DNA of 64,000 nucleotides from Escherichia coli (lineage in GTDB: Bacteria > Pseudomonadota > Gammaproteobacteria > Enterobacterales > Enterobacteriaceae), in the NCBI RefSeq assembly GCF_045037415.1, contig NZ_CP173438.1; one strand, 5' to 3'. Each line of letters begins with the position of its first letter. Within the stretch, counting starts at the first letter, position 1. The notes beneath the pieces were generated by a model. That model had not been told where the DNA came from and made no database searches. It was given only the letters and a program-made list of their open reading frames with translations. Shown one piece after another: positions 21,907 through 35,076 of this stretch. The translations under genes and the position numbers were made by a program.

Positions 21907-22977
21907 TTACACCGTCACAACCGGGACGCGTAACGCCAGCGCGCACATCAACTCATAGCCTACCGTTCCGGCAGCGGCGGCGACATCATCAATTTTGATC
22001 TCCTTGCCCCACAGCTCAACTGGCGTACCAATACCCGCTTGCGGGCAAGGCGTTAAATCGACCGCCAGCATATCCATCGAGACTGTCCCCACCGTCATGG
22101 TGCGAACGCCGTCCACTAAAACAGGGGTACCGGTAGGCGCGTGGCGCGGATAACCGTCGGCGTATCCTGCGGCGACAATGCCGATTCGCTGTTCATCGCG
22201 CGCAGTATAGCGACCGCCGTAGCCCACACGCTCGCCCGCTTTTAGCGTCTGGACACCAATAATCTCACTGCTTAGCGTCATCACCGGACGTAATCCGGTA
22301 TTGGCGATATCACGCCACTGACCGGACGGCGAAGCACCATACAAAATAATGCCAGGCCGAACCCAGTCAAAATGCGCTTCCTGGTGCCACAGAGTCGCCG
22401 CCGAATTAGACAACGAACGCCGACACTCCAGCCCTTCCGCCGCCTGCTCAATACGCGCCATCGCGCTGGAAATTCCATCAGGATGTTCCGCTTCGGCAAA
22501 ATGCGACATCAGGGTCATTTCGCCAACATTCGCCATCGCCCGCAACTGCTGCCAGACGGTAAGCACGCGATCGGGCTGGAAGCCCAACCGATTCATCCCA
22601 CTGTTCACTTTAAGATAAATATCCAACGGTGCTTTTAGCCGCGCATTTTGCAGTGCTTTGAGCTGCCAGTTGCTGTGTACGCAGGTGGTCAGGCGGTGCT
22701 GGTCATAAATCTCCAGATCCTGAGCATGGAAAAATCCTTCCAGCATCAGGATCGGTCCTTTCCAGCCGCGCTCACGTAACGTTATTGCCTCTTCCAGGTT
22801 AAGCAATGCAAAGCCATCGGTAGCCCCGAGCGCGCTCCAGATACGCTCAATACCGTGCCCGTAAGCGTTCGCTTTTACCACCGACCAGACGCGCGCGTGC
22901 GGCGCGGCCTGGCGGACAATGGACAGATTCTGTTTTAATGCCTGCAGATCGAGGCTGGCCTGTATCGGACGGGTCAT
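21907..22977 (-). CDS. dadX: Catabolic alanine racemase
   Basis: [39 protein letters not shown] site. 356 aa. Confidence 0.96.
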   Translation of the reverse strand: MTRPIQASLDLQALKQNLSIVRQAAPHARVWSVVKANAYGHGIERIWSALGATDGFALLNLEEAITLRERGWKGPILMLEGFFHAQDLEIYDQHRLTTCVHSNWQLKALQNARLKAPLDIYLKVNSGMNRLGFQPDRVLTVWQQLRAMANVGEMTLMSHFAEAEHPDGISSAMARIEQAAEGLECRRSLSNSAATLWHQEAHFDWVRPGIILYGASPSGQWRDIANTGLRPVMTLSSEIIGVQTLKAGERVGYGGRYTARDEQRIGIVAAGYADGYPRHAPTGTPVLVDGVRTMTVGTVSMDMLAVDLTPCPQAGIGTPVELWGKEIKIDDVAAAAGTVGYELMCALALRVPVVTV

Positions 22978-22986
22978 CTCGTTTCC

Positions 22987-24330
<1,344 letters not shown>

Positions 24331-24614
24331 TTACATCTTGATAACTCAGTTGAAAATATTATTCAACATACGGCTTTTTTATGGTGAGCTGGCTCACATC
24401 TCCCTGACTCTGCGGCAATATGGCGTCTTTAGTATCTCCTGCTGAACGCCCTTTTTATCCAGCATAAAATTCCGTTCAGAAGCGGATTAGTGGCACTCTG
24501 ATAATAAGAAATCGCAAAGAAAAAAATTCTCCGGCGACGCGGTTTTTAACAGGTGTTCTATGCTTGAAATGAGGTGCTCCACACAGAGAGCGCCGACAAC
24601 AATGAGGTGCGCGT

Positions 24615-26147
24615 ATGGCGACGATCGATTCTATGAATAAGGACACCACACGTTTGAGCGATGGACCCGACTGGACGTTCGACCTGCTGGATGTTTATCT
24701 GGCAGAGATAGACCGGGTGGCGAAACTCTACCGGCTGGATACCTACCCGCACCAGATTGAAGTGATAACCTCAGAACAGATGATGGATGCTTACTCCAGC
24801 GTCGGCATGCCAATTAACTATCCGCACTGGTCATTCGGTAAAAAGTTTATCGAGACTGAACGGCTGTATAAGCACGGTCAGCAAGGACTGGCCTATGAAA
24901 TCGTCATTAACTCTAACCCGTGTATCGCTTACCTGATGGAAGAGAACACCATTACCATGCAAGCGTTGGTGATGGCTCATGCCTGCTATGGGCATAACTC
25001 TTTCTTCAAAAACAATTACTTATTCCGTAGCTGGACCGACGCCAGTTCGATTGTCGATTATCTGATTTTTGCCCGTAAATATATTACCGAGTGCGAAGAA
25101 CGTTATGGCGTTGATGAAGTAGAACGGCTTCTGGACTCGTGCCACGCGCTGATGAACTACGGCGTGGACCGGTACAAACGCCCGCAAAAAATCTCGCTGC
25201 AAGAAGAGAAAGCCCGGCAGAAGAGTCGCGAAGAGTATCTGCAAAGTCAGGTCAATATGCTCTGGCGTACCCTGCCGAAGCGCGAGGAAGAGAAAACGGT
25301 TGCTGAAGCGCGCCGCTATCCGTCCGAACCACAAGAAAACCTGCTCTATTTTATGGAGAAAAATGCGCCACTGCTGGAATCATGGCAGCGTGAAATCCTG
25401 CGTATTGTGCGTAAGGTGAGCCAGTATTTTTATCCGCAAAAACAGACTCAGGTGATGAACGAAGGCTGGGCGACCTTCTGGCACTACACCATCCTTAACC
25501 ATCTGTATGATGAAGGGAAAGTAACGGAACGTTTTATGCTGGAGTTTTTGCACAGCCACACCAATGTGGTCTTCCAGCCGCCCTATAACAGCCCGTGGTA
25601 CAGCGGCATCAACCCATATGCCCTCGGGTTCGCCATGTTCCAGGATATTAAACGGATTTGTCAGTCGCCGACGGAAGAAGACAAATACTGGTTCCCGGAT
25701 ATCGCCGGTTCCGACTGGCTGGAAACGCTGCATTTCGCGATGCGTGATTTCAAAGATGAGAGTTTTATCAGCCAGTTCCTGTCACCGAAAGTGATGCGTG
25801 ATTTCCGCTTCTTCACCGTACTGGATGATGATCGACATAATTATCTGGAGATTTCCGCTATTCATAATGAAGAAGGTTATCGGGAAATCCGTAACCGGTT
25901 ATCGTCGCAATATAACTTAAGTAATCTGGAGCCGAATATTCAGATCTGGAACGTGGATTTGCGCGGTGACCGTTCGCTGACGCTGCGTTACATTCCACAT
26001 AATCGCGCACCGTTGGATCGGGGGCGCAAAGAAGTGCTGAAGCATGTGCATCGCCTGTGGGGATTTGATGTGATGCTGGAACAGCAAAACGAAGACGGCA
26101 GCATCGAGTTGCTGGAACGTTGCCCGCCGAGAATGGGAAATCTGTAA
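24615..26147 (+). CDS. ycgB: SpoVR-family protein YcgB
   Basis: 510 aa. MATIDSMNKDTTRLSDGPDWTF. Synteny between dadA and fadR. Confidence 0.93.
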   Translation: MATIDSMNKDTTRLSDGPDWTFDLLDVYLAEIDRVAKLYRLDTYPHQIEVITSEQMMDAYSSVGMPINYPHWSFGKKFIETERLYKHGQQGLAYEIVINSNPCIAYLMEENTITMQALVMAHACYGHNSFFKNNYLFRSWTDASSIVDYLIFARKYITECEERYGVDEVERLLDSCHALMNYGVDRYKRPQKISLQEEKARQKSREEYLQSQVNMLWRTLPKREEEKTVAEARRYPSEPQENLLYFMEKNAPLLESWQREILRIVRKVSQYFYPQKQTQVMNEGWATFWHYTILNHLYDEGKVTERFMLEFLHSHTNVVFQPPYNSPWYSGINPYALGFAMFQDIKRICQSPTEEDKYWFPDIAGSDWLETLHFAMRDFKDESFISQFLSPKVMRDFRFFTVLDDDRHNYLEISAIHNEEGYREIRNRLSSQYNLSNLEPNIQIWNVDLRGDRSLTLRYIPHNRAPLDRGRKEVLKHVHRLWGFDVMLEQQNEDGSIELLERCPPRMGNL

Positions 26148-26155
26148 AAACAACG

Positions 26156-26186
26156 AAAAACCCCTCGTTTGAGGGGTTTGCTTTTT
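26156..26186. terminator. Bidirectional intrinsic terminator between ycgB and fadR
   Basis: An A-run, then cccctc-gttt-gagggg, then tttgcttttt. Confidence 0.7.
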
Positions 26187-26198
26187 AAACGGAAGGGA

Positions 26199-26918
26199 TT
26201 ATCGTCCCTGAATGGCTAAATCACCCGGCAGATTTTTCTGCATCCGGTGCCAAATCTCGCCACTCTCATGCCCATAGCGACGCACTGTTTCATATACCTG
26301 ATCGTGTGCGCCTTCACTGCACAACGCCGACAGTTTGTGATAGAAGCCCAGCGCCAGACTGCGCGCTTCCGGATTGGCGAAATAGTGACGACCAATGCGC
26401 GTATACAGCCCTTTCATCCCGTTAAGGATCAGACCGTAAATCGGGTTGCCGGAAGCAAACGCCAGGCCGCGGAAAATGTTGTAATCCAGCTCGGCAAAGG
26501 CGTCGGCGTGATCGGCCACTTCATTAGCGGTTGCCAGCACTTCCTGCGCTTTATCGGGATGTTGACGAAACGCGGTGCGAATAAAAATAGTTGAAATATT
26601 GGTACGCACCGACAGCAAATTATCAATAAGCTGCGGCACACTTTCGTGGTCCAGTCGCGCCAGTGTTTCAAGGATATTTAAACCAGAGGTTTCCCAGAAA
26701 TTATTCACCTTCGTCGGCTTGCCGTGTTGAATGGTCAACCAGCCATCTCGTGCCAGACGTTGTAACACTTCACGTAACGTAGTACGCGTTACGCCAATTA
26801 ATTCTGAAAGTTCACGTTCTGCGGGCAAAATAGTCCCGGGAGGGAAGCGGTTATTCCAGATACTTTCAATAATGTACTCTTCCGCGAAACCCGCCGGGCT
26901 TTGCGCCTTAATGACCAT
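26199..26918 (-). CDS. fadR: Fatty acid metabolism regulator FadR (GntR family)
   Basis: [28 protein letters not shown]. 239 aa from the internal Met. Confidence 0.96.
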
Positions 26919-27139
26919 AGTGAGATTTCCATAACACAGCAAAACAAAGTTGGACTCATCATACCAGAGGGCTAACTACGCTGATAGAAGACAAAAAGAA
27001 GAAAAAAGGGATCAAGGCTTCATTTTCTGCATCTCTTTCCCCTTGACTATCAAGACTTGCCTCACTCCTGTCTGACCGTTAAGCTTTGCGTTTAAACATA
27101 AAAACATCATTGATTATTTCTAAGGTAAGGGAAACCATC

Positions 27140-28681
27140 ATGGAGATCTCCTGGGGCCGCGCACTATGGCGCAATTTTTTGGGCCAGTCCCCCGACTGGT
27201 ACAAACTCGCCCTCATCATTTTCTTAATCGTAAATCCGTTAATTTTCCTCATCAGCCCTTTCGTCGCTGGCTGGTTGCTGGTAGCGGAATTTATTTTCAC
27301 TCTGGCGATGGCCCTGAAATGCTACCCGCTGCTCCCCGGTGGTCTGTTGGCTATCGAAGCGGTATTCATCGGCATGACCAGCGCGGAACATGTTCGTGAA
27401 GAAGTGGCGGCAAATCTTGAAGTCTTGCTGTTACTGATGTTTATGGTGGCGGGTATCTATTTTATGAAACAGCTGTTGTTGTTCATATTTACCCGTTTGC
27501 TGTTAAGCATTCGCTCCAAAATGCTGCTGTCGCTCTCTTTTTGCGTGGCGGCGGCGCTCCTCTCCGCGTTCCTCGATGCCTTAACCGTCGTGGCGGTGGT
27601 GATCAGCGTTGCAGTCGGTTTTTATGGTATTTATCACCGCGTAGCCTCTTCCCGTACTGAAGATACCGACCTGCAAGACGATAGTCATATCGACAAGCAT
27701 TACAAAGTGGTTCTGGAACAGTTCCGTGGCTTTCTGCGTAGTCTGATGATGCATGCCGGTGTCGGCACCGCATTAGGCGGCGTGATGACCATGGTGGGCG
27801 AACCACAGAACCTGATCATCGCTAAAGCGGCTGGCTGGCATTTTGGCGATTTCTTCCTGCGCATGTCGCCGGTGACCGTCCCGGTTCTGATTTGTGGCCT
27901 GTTAACCTGCCTGCTGGTAGAGAAGCTGCGTTGGTTTGGCTACGGTGAAACGCTGCCGGAGAAAGTCCGCGAAGTACTGCAACAGTTTGACGATCAAAGC
28001 CGCAACCAGCGTACCCGTCAGGATAAAATCCGTCTGATTGTCCAGGCGATTATCGGCGTCTGGCTGGTGACTGCGCTGGCACTGCATCTGGCGGAAGTTG
28101 GTTTGATTGGTTTGTCAGTCATTATTCTGGCGACATCATTGACCGGTGTTACCGATGAACATGCTATCGGTAAAGCCTTCACCGAATCTCTGCCATTCAC
28201 CGCACTGTTGACGGTGTTTTTCTCAGTAGTCGCGGTGATTATCGACCAACAACTGTTTTCGCCGATTATTCAGTTTGTGTTGCAGGCATCTGAACATGCT
28301 CAGCTGTCGTTGTTCTATATTTTCAACGGTCTGCTGTCATCCATTTCGGATAACGTCTTCGTGGGGACGATTTATATCAACGAAGCGAAAGCGGCAATGG
28401 AAAGTGGCGCTATCACGTTGAAGCAATATGAGCTGCTGGCGGTCGCCATTAATACCGGTACCAATCTGCCCTCCGTCGCTACGCCGAACGGTCAGGCTGC
28501 GTTCCTGTTCCTGCTGACCTCTGCACTCGCGCCATTGATTCGTCTCTCTTATGGCCGCATGGTGTGGATGGCCCTGCCTTACACCCTCGTACTGACGGTT
28601 GCCGGGTTACTCTGCGTCGAGTTTACGCTTGCTCCTGTAACCGAATGGTTTATGCAAATGGGCTGGATAGCAACGCTTTGA
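27140..28681 (+). CDS. nhaB: Na+/H+ antiporter NhaB
   Basis: [33 protein letters not shown]. 513 aa from the internal Met. Confidence 0.96.
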   Translation: MEISWGRALWRNFLGQSPDWYKLALIIFLIVNPLIFLISPFVAGWLLVAEFIFTLAMALKCYPLLPGGLLAIEAVFIGMTSAEHVREEVAANLEVLLLLMFMVAGIYFMKQLLLFIFTRLLLSIRSKMLLSLSFCVAAALLSAFLDALTVVAVVISVAVGFYGIYHRVASSRTEDTDLQDDSHIDKHYKVVLEQFRGFLRSLMMHAGVGTALGGVMTMVGEPQNLIIAKAAGWHFGDFFLRMSPVTVPVLICGLLTCLLVEKLRWFGYGETLPEKVREVLQQFDDQSRNQRTRQDKIRLIVQAIIGVWLVTALALHLAEVGLIGLSVIILATSLTGVTDEHAIGKAFTESLPFTALLTVFFSVVAVIIDQQLFSPIIQFVLQASEHAQLSLFYIFNGLLSSISDNVFVGTIYINEAKAAMESGAITLKQYELLAVAINTGTNLPSVATPNGQAAFLFLLTSALAPLIRLSYGRMVWMALPYTLVLTVAGLLCVEFTLAPVTEWFMQMGWIATL

Positions 28682-28691
28682 TAACAACTTA

Positions 28692-28721
28692 CCGGGCATA
28701 TAAATGCCCGGTTTGCCTTTT
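28692..28721 (+). terminator. nhaB intrinsic terminator
   Basis: ccgggcat-ataa-atgcccgg followed by tttgcctttt. Confidence 0.7.
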
Positions 28722-28826
28722 CGCCCGATAATTGTCCAATTGCGTCCTATTTTTGCTGCCTCCTGGTGGCGCAGCGAATGAATTGGTTTAAACTGCGCAC
28801 TCTATGCATATTGCAGGGAAATGATT

Positions 28827-29357
28827 ATGTTGCGATTTTTGAACCAATGTTCACAAGGCCGGGGCGCATGGCTGTTGATGGCGTTTACTGCTCTGGCACT
28901 GGAACTGACGGCGCTGTGGTTCCAGCATGTGATGTTACTGAAACCTTGCGTGCTCTGTATTTATGAACGCTGCGCGTTATTCGGCGTTCTGGGTGCTGCG
29001 CTGATTGGCGCGATCGCCCCGAAAACTCCGCTGCGTTATGTAGCGATGGTTATCTGGTTGTATAGTGCGTTCCGCGGTGTGCAGTTAACTTACGAGCACA
29101 CCATGCTTCAGCTCTATCCTTCGCCGTTTGCGACCTGTGATTTTATGGCTCGTTTCCCGGAATGGCTGCCGCTGGATAAATGGGTGCCGCAAGTGTTTGT
29201 CGCCTCTGGCGATTGCGCCGAGCGTCAGTGGGAATTTTTAGGTCTGGAAATGCCGCAGTGGCTGCTCGGTATTTTTATCGCTTACCTGATTGTCGCGGTG
29301 CTGGTGGTGATTTCCCAGCCGTTTAAAGCGAAAAAACGTGACCTGTTCGGTCGCTAA
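28827..29357 (+). CDS. dsbB: Disulfide bond formation protein B
   Basis: [49 protein letters not shown]. 176 aa. Confidence 0.96.
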
Positions 29358-29365
29358 TCCATTCG

Positions 29366-29388
29366 GCGCTCCTGCGGGAGCGCTTTTT
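29366..29388 (+). terminator. dsbB intrinsic terminator
   Basis: gcgctcc-tgcg-ggagcgc followed by ttttt. Confidence 0.7.
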
Positions 29389-29401
29389 CCTGCCGCTATG
29401 T

Positions 29402-30670
29402 TTATTTGACCCGCAGTAAATCAGAACTTCGCGTTGTATAACATGGTGAAAGCATGGCACGCTTCATCTGCCATTGTTGCTGGATCCCCTGCCCGGCAAA
29501 ATAGAGTGTTCCTCTGCCCTCTTTAGCATTCAGCGTATCCATTACCGCCATCAATTGCTCACTCCCGGGGCGTGGTGCGTTGTCATCGAATAAATTGAGC
29601 TGCGCGACTCCCTGACTGAAGAAATCCCCCAGCATCACGCCCGCTTTTTGGTAGCGATGGCCCGCTTGCCAGATGGCATCCAGAGATCGCGTAGCGGCGT
29701 TAATGATATCCCTGCTGTCCTGAGTGGGCGTCAGCAGTTTTACCGATGCGCTATTGCCGTAATAAGGTTCATTGAACGCAAATGGTGACGTCTTAATAAA
29801 CGTGGAGATAAACCGACAATATTGATGCTCGCTGCGAAGTTTTTCCGCCGCCCGGGCAGCGTAACTACAAATGGCCTGCCGCATCGACGGATAATCCGTG
29901 ATGCGTTCACCAAACGAGCGGGAACAGATAATTTCCTGCTTCGTCGGTGCAAACTCTTCCAGTTGCAAACAGGGTTCACCGCGCAGTTCACGCACCGTTC
30001 TTTCGAGCACGACATTAAAATGTTTACGGATAAACCGGATATCTGAATCTGCCAAATCTAGAACGGTTTTGATCCCCATCGCGTCCAGTTTTTTGCTGAT
30101 CCGCCGTCCAATCCCCCAGACTTCATCCACGGGGAGAGCAGACATTAATTTACGCTGGCGTTCCAGATTTGATAAATCCACCACCCCACCCGTCTGCCGC
30201 TGCCATTTTTTTGCCGCATGATTGGCAAGCTTAGCCAGCGTTTTGGTCTGGGCGATCCCCACACCAACAGTAAGATGGGTACGTTGTAGCACCGTTGCGC
30301 GAATTTCTCTGCCAAAATCAGTCAGATCGCGACAATTATGCACACCTGTCAGATCGCAGAATGCCTCATCAATACTGTAAATCTCGACGCGGGGCGATAG
30401 TTCTTCCAGCGTCGACATCACCCGATTACTCATGTCTGCGTAAAGCTCATAATTGCTGCTAAAGCAAACCACGCCACAGCGACGAAACAGATCTTTTTGT
30501 TTGAACCAGGGATCGCCCATTTTAACGCCCAGCGCCTTTGCCTCAGCGTTTCGGGCGATAACGCAACCGTCATTATTCGATAGCACAACCACCGGTTTAC
30601 CCCATAAATCAGGGCGAAACACCGTCTCACAGCTGGCATAAAACGCGTTTACATCACAGAGGGCAAACAT
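29402..30670 (-). CDS. umuC: DNA polymerase V catalytic subunit UmuC
   Basis: [22 protein letters not shown]. 422 aa. Overlaps the umuD stop. Confidence 0.96.
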   Translation of the reverse strand: MFALCDVNAFYASCETVFRPDLWGKPVVVLSNNDGCVIARNAEAKALGVKMGDPWFKQKDLFRRCGVVCFSSNYELYADMSNRVMSTLEELSPRVEIYSIDEAFCDLTGVHNCRDLTDFGREIRATVLQRTHLTVGVGIAQTKTLAKLANHAAKKWQRQTGGVVDLSNLERQRKLMSALPVDEVWGIGRRISKKLDAMGIKTVLDLADSDIRFIRKHFNVVLERTVRELRGEPCLQLEEFAPTKQEIICSRSFGERITDYPSMRQAICSYAARAAEKLRSEHQYCRFISTFIKTSPFAFNEPYYGNSASVKLLTPTQDSRDIINAATRSLDAIWQAGHRYQKAGVMLGDFFSQGVAQLNLFDDNAPRPGSEQLMAVMDTLNAKEGRGTLYFAGQGIQQQWQMKRAMLSPCYTTRSSDLLRVK

Positions 30671-31089
30671 CAGCGCATCGCCTTAACGACGTGGATCACC
30701 ACACCAAAGACATCCAGCGTATCTTCGCTACTGATGGTAATGGGCGAGTACGCACTGTTCATAGGAATAAGCTGTACCGTCGGGCGTAGTTGCAATTTTT
30801 TCACCGTAAACTCGCCGTCAACAGCAGCGATGATAATATCACCATGGCTGGCGGTAATAGCGCTATCGACAATCAGTAAATCACCGTCACTAATCCCACC
30901 ATCAATCATAGAATCACCACTTGCTTTGACGAAATAAGTCGCGCTGGGATGCTGGATCAACAGTTGATTCAGATCGATGCGCTGTTCAACGTAATCTGCG
31001 GCCGGTGAAGGAAAGCCACACTGAACAAGATCGCTAAATAGCGGAAAAGTCACAATTTCGCGGAGATCCGCAGGCTTGATAAACAACAT
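30670..31089 (-). CDS. umuD: DNA polymerase V subunit UmuD (LexA-like self-cleaving)
   Basis: [33 protein letters not shown]. 139 aa. Confidence 0.96.
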   Translation of the reverse strand: MLFIKPADLREIVTFPLFSDLVQCGFPSPAADYVEQRIDLNQLLIQHPSATYFVKASGDSMIDGGISDGDLLIVDSAITASHGDIIIAAVDGEFTVKKLQLRPTVQLIPMNSAYSPITISSEDTLDVFGVVIHVVKAMR

Positions 31090-31108
31090 AATAATCTGCC
31101 TGAAGTTA

Positions 31109-31128
31109 TACTGTTTTTATATACAGTA
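31109..31128 (-). promoter_or_regulatory. LexA SOS box of the umuDC operon
   Basis: The minus strand reads TACTGTATATAAAAACAGTA (CTG-N10-CAG), 20 nt upstream of the umuD start. Confidence 0.9.
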
Positions 31129-31279
31129 GTCTGTTCTTGTCAGCAGATCAATACTGATTCAGGCTATCAATATTTGTCGCTGCATAGACTGCTGATTTTT
31201 CGTTCTCTTATCCTGTGCTCACGCGGCCTTCTGGCGACAGCGTCCATCCAGCAGAAAGGAAAAATATCACCTGGTTTAA

Positions 31280-31675
31280 AATAGAATCGAAGCATTCGCC
31301 CAGAAAGGCATTCTCATTAAGGTACTGGATGACGGCATCAAGAAACTGTGTTCTATTGCTGCGGGCGTAGTTGAAGGGAAACTGATTCCAGAATTGAAGA
31401 ACAAGTTAAAATCTGTGCAGAGTTTCTTTACCACCCTGTCTAACACGGTTAAACAAGCGAATAAAGATATCGATGCCGCCAAATTGAAATTAACCACCGA
31501 AATAGCCGCCATCGGGGAGATAAAAACGGAAACTGAAACAGCCAGATTCTACGTTGATTATGATGATTTAATGCTTTCTTTACTAAAAGAAGCGGCCCAA
31601 AAAATGATTAACACCTGTAATGAGTATCAGAAAAGACACGGTAAGAAGACACTCTTTGAGATACCTGAAGTCTGA
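31280..31675 (+). pseudogene. hlyE: hlyE/clyA (cytolysin A) deletion remnant
   Basis: The open frame reads ..AFAQKGILIKVLDDGIKKL|CSIAAGVVEGKLIPELKNKLKSVQSFFTTLSNTVKQANKDIDAAKLKLTTEIAAIGEIKTETETARFYVDYDDLMLSLLKEAAQKMINTCNEYQKRHGKKTLFEIPEV*. This matches the ClyA C-terminal third joined to a short mid-protein segment. The N-terminal ~100 codons and an internal block of ~70 codons are missing, and there is no start codon. Confidence 0.85.
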
Positions 31676-31881
31676 TAAGCGATTATTCTCTCTATGTACT
31701 CAAGGTATAAAATTTATCACATTTAAAAATACAGACGTTTTTTAAAGATTGAGAGTTACCTGTTGATAATAAAGTATCGGGTAACTCTCATTATGACAGA
31801 GCGCTTTCAAAAACAGGGCTACGAAATGGCGAGCATCCAGACGTATATTAAGAAAGCCCCCATCAACATCTATTAAATTTA

Positions 31882-32343
31882 TCACTGCGCCCAGTCAGGT
31901 TTATTTAAGATATGATCCTGCCAGTCAATCACTTCTGATTCTTTCACTGCGATATGACGCACAGAGATACGTTCACCATGCATTGCCGCTTTCGAACCAG
32001 TAAGTAGCGGATGCCACGCAGGTAAACCTTTACCTTCCGCCAGCAAACGATAAGCGCAGGTCATTGGCAGCCATTCGAATGTTGGCAGATTTTCACGGGT
32101 TAATTTAATGCAGTCGGGTTCAAACTCGAAACGACGTTCGTAGTTCCGACATTGACAGGTTTTAATATTGAGCTGGCGACAGGCGACGTTAGTGAAGTAG
32201 ATTTCGTCGGTGTCTTCATCCATCAGTTTATGCAGGCAACACTGACCGCAACCATCACACAACGACTCCCATTCTGCATCGCTCATTTCGTCCAGGGTTT
32301 TACTTTGCCAGAAAGGTACATCGCTCATCAGGTGTTCCGCCAT
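31882..32343 (-). CDS. ycgN: UPF0260 Cys-rich protein YcgN
   Basis: [36 protein letters not shown]. 153 aa from the internal Met. Confidence 0.9.
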   Translation of the reverse strand: MAEHLMSDVPFWQSKTLDEMSDAEWESLCDGCGQCCLHKLMDEDTDEIYFTNVACRQLNIKTCQCRNYERRFEFEPDCIKLTRENLPTFEWLPMTCAYRLLAEGKGLPAWHPLLTGSKAAMHGERISVRHIAVKESEVIDWQDHILNKPDWAQ

Positions 32344-32419
32344 TACGTTAAAACGCACCTTATAACCAGTCTGGCACAGCGATGCAAGTTTTGCCGCCGC
32401 TTTCAGGCGGCAAAAAGTA

Positions 32420-33079
32420 TTACAAAACGCGAGTTGTCAAAGAATGCCCATCGAAAGTGACTGTCAGCTCATCACCGCTTTGCAACGGGCCGACACCATC
32501 AGGCGTGCCTGTCAGCACAACGTCACCGACCTTGAGGGTAAAAAACTTGCTCATATAAGCGATCAGCGGAACGATTTTATGGATCATGTCCGCAGTCGTA
32601 CCTTGCTGGCGTTGCTCGCCGTTTACGCTCAGGCCCAGCGTTGTATTTTGCGGGTCGCCGGTAAATTCCGCCGCGGGAATAAACCCGGAAAGCGGACAAG
32701 AGTTATCAAACGCTTTGGCCTTTTCCCACGGCTGCCCGGCTTTCTTCATTTTTCCCTGAACATCACGCAATGTCAGATCGAGCGCCACGCCGTAACCGGC
32801 AATGGCTTTGCGGACATGCTCTTCCGTAGCCTGACGCAGCGTCGCGCCAATCAACACCGCCAGTTCGACTTCATGATGAACTGAACCGAAATCGGATGGG
32901 ATCGCCAATGGCTGCCGCAGATCGCACAGTGCCGTTTCTGGTTTAATAAACAGCACTGGCTCTTCGGGTACTGCGCTGCCCATCTCTTTAATATGTTTGG
33001 CATAGTTACTGCCAACACAGACTACTTTACTCACCGGATAATCCAGCAGCGCACCTTGCCAGTTGTGATGTTGATACAT
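32420..33079 (-). CDS. ycgM: Fumarylacetoacetate hydrolase-family protein YcgM
   Basis: 219 aa. [29 protein letters not shown]. Confidence 0.92.
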   Translation of the reverse strand: MYQHHNWQGALLDYPVSKVVCVGSNYAKHIKEMGSAVPEEPVLFIKPETALCDLRQPLAIPSDFGSVHHEVELAVLIGATLRQATEEHVRKAIAGYGVALDLTLRDVQGKMKKAGQPWEKAKAFDNSCPLSGFIPAAEFTGDPQNTTLGLSVNGEQRQQGTTADMIHKIVPLIAYMSKFFTLKVGDVVLTGTPDGVGPLQSGDELTVTFDGHSLTTRVL

Positions 33080-33150
33080 AACGTTCCCCTCACCTTATCG
33101 TGGATATGAAAACCCGCGCCGACAAAGATAATGCCACCGCCGGATATCGG

Positions 33151-33477
33151 TTATTTGTTAGTGTCGTCTGTTTTCTGCCCCATGACGGAAAGATGTTGCT
33201 TCAGCAAATCTTCGGGTGGTGGCGGTAACTGCAAATAGTAACCTTGCTCGGTTAATGCCTGTTTAACCTTTTCAATATCGGCATTGACCAGTTTCTTCCG
33301 CCCATCCAGCGGAAGAATCATCGCTAACTGAGGCTGACCAAAACCTTTCATCAGTTCCTCAGGAACACGCGAAAAATCGTCTTTTTTTTCGACATATAAA
33401 TAGGTCTGGTCACGTTTGCTGCTTCGATAAATCACACAAAACATACTTTTACTCTTTAAGATGCCAGGTTTTGGCAT
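33151..33477 (-). CDS. ycgL: Protein YcgL (DUF709)
   Basis: 108 aa. [29 protein letters not shown]. Confidence 0.9.
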   Translation of the reverse strand: MPKPGILKSKSMFCVIYRSSKRDQTYLYVEKKDDFSRVPEELMKGFGQPQLAMILPLDGRKKLVNADIEKVKQALTEQGYYLQLPPPPEDLLKQHLSVMGQKTDDTNK

Positions 33478-33684
33478 AAGCTAACATCAATGAAACCCGC
33501 GCCACAAGCCAGCCAGCTGTAGATTTCTACGGTTTGTTCAGTCCATGCCCCCTTTATAAGTAATCCCCCGGCAAAAATGCCGCGCCAGGATTTAACCGAA
33601 CACAGGAAAGCCACTGGAATTCTCCCGTGAAGGATTGTTATATTATAACAGTTCATCGTACTCATTCTGAACAGGAGACTACCA

Positions 33685-34086
33685 ATGAAAATTAAGGGCA
33701 TCAGTAAGGCTGTATTGTTGCTTGCACTGCTAACTTCCACGAGCTTTGCTGCGGGTAAGAATGTCAATGTTGAGTTCAGAAAAGGCCATAGTAGCGCTCA
33801 GTACTCCGGCGAAATAAAGGGATACGATTACGATACATATACCTTCTATGCCAAAAAAGGTCAGAAAGTGCATGTGAGTATCTCTAATGAAGGCGCTGAT
33901 ACTTACCTCTTCGGGCCAGGAATCGATGATTCTGTTGATTTATCCAGATATTCCCCAGAACTCGATAGTCACGGACAATACTCACTCCCTGCTTCTGGCA
34001 AATATGAGCTGCGAGTGCTGCAAACCCGAAACGACGCCCGTAAAAACAAAACTAAAAAATATAACGTCGATATTCAAATTAAGTAA
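33685..34086 (+). CDS. pliG: Periplasmic inhibitor of g-type lysozyme PliG (YcgK)
   Basis: 133 aa with a signal peptide. MKIKGISKAVLLLALLTSTSFA. Confidence 0.88.
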   Translation: MKIKGISKAVLLLALLTSTSFAAGKNVNVEFRKGHSSAQYSGEIKGYDYDTYTFYAKKGQKVHVSISNEGADTYLFGPGIDDSVDLSRYSPELDSHGQYSLPASGKYELRVLQTRNDARKNKTKKYNVDIQIK

Positions 34087-34188
34087 ATGTCAACCGACGG
34101 GGACTCTCCCCGTCATAAACGTTAACGCCACACTCCTCTCTGTCGCTTAAGAGGTTAATGACGAATAGAACATAATGTAAACAAGACA

Positions 34189-34557
34189 TCACTCACGACA
34201 CATAAATAACATCTTTGTGGTGGTTTGATTGATTTTTCCACTCCGCTTACCATCCACACCAAAATAACGATCATCACGACATAATTTTTCTTTAACATCG
34301 CAAAATACACCGTTAGAGAATGTAAATTCGCTGGGATCGTAGCCTTGTAATGATTGTAAGTTTTCAGCGGCTTTTTCGCCGAGATATTTCCTTGTTAACT
34401 CTGGGGAAATGCCATCTGAACTCACACAAATATACGGGTCGCAAACAACGCCACACGCAGGAGATTGAAGCCCGCCAGCGTCATTTCCAGACGCCATTGA
34501 TGAGAACATCATCCCCACACCTGACAATCCGATATAAAAAATACGCATCATATTCAT
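34189..34557 (-). CDS. ycgJ: Secreted protein YcgJ
   Basis: 122 aa with a signal peptide. Synteny next to minC. Confidence 0.85.
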   Translation of the reverse strand: MNMMRIFYIGLSGVGMMFSSMASGNDAGGLQSPACGVVCDPYICVSSDGISPELTRKYLGEKAAENLQSLQGYDPSEFTFSNGVFCDVKEKLCRDDRYFGVDGKRSGKINQTTTKMLFMCRE

Positions 34558-35076
34558 AGCACATCCTGATAATCCAACCGTACAACACTTATGCTCATTT
34601 CATCATCAATCCGTAATCAAAACCGCTGACCTGGACGAGTTACGATGACCTGACAGAAGTATCAGACGTCTTCTGCGGTTTCTATGATAGAGCAATTCTG
34701 CGGCGGATATTAAGATAACGGGTATCTGTTCTTTAATGATGCTGCAAAAAATGGAAAGTTAAGAAAGCCTGGCGTGGTGAAAAAATACACTCGCCTCAAT
34801 ACTGGATATTTAAACAGGTCTGAAGATGCTGTCACGATTAGGGTGCGGAAAAAGGAAGCGTAAATAAGAACAATCAAAAGTACGACGGCAATGGGTTGAT
34901 TGACAAGGGTATTTTTTAAGCTATGAATCAACGCCATTTATCACAGAATAGACTTTTACTCTGAATAAATGGGAGGGTGACTTGCCTCAATATAATCCAG
35001 ACTATAACATGCCTTATAGTCTTCGGAACATCATCGCGCGCTGGCGATGATTAATAGCTAATTGAGTAAGGCCAGG

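Noticed and set aside
34710-34937. 75-aa minus-strand ORF in the ycgJ-minC intergenic region.
   Set aside because: It is a hydrophobic, low-complexity product in an AT-rich promoter region. No SD is visible and no gene is known at this K-12 position, so the evidence is too weak to call.
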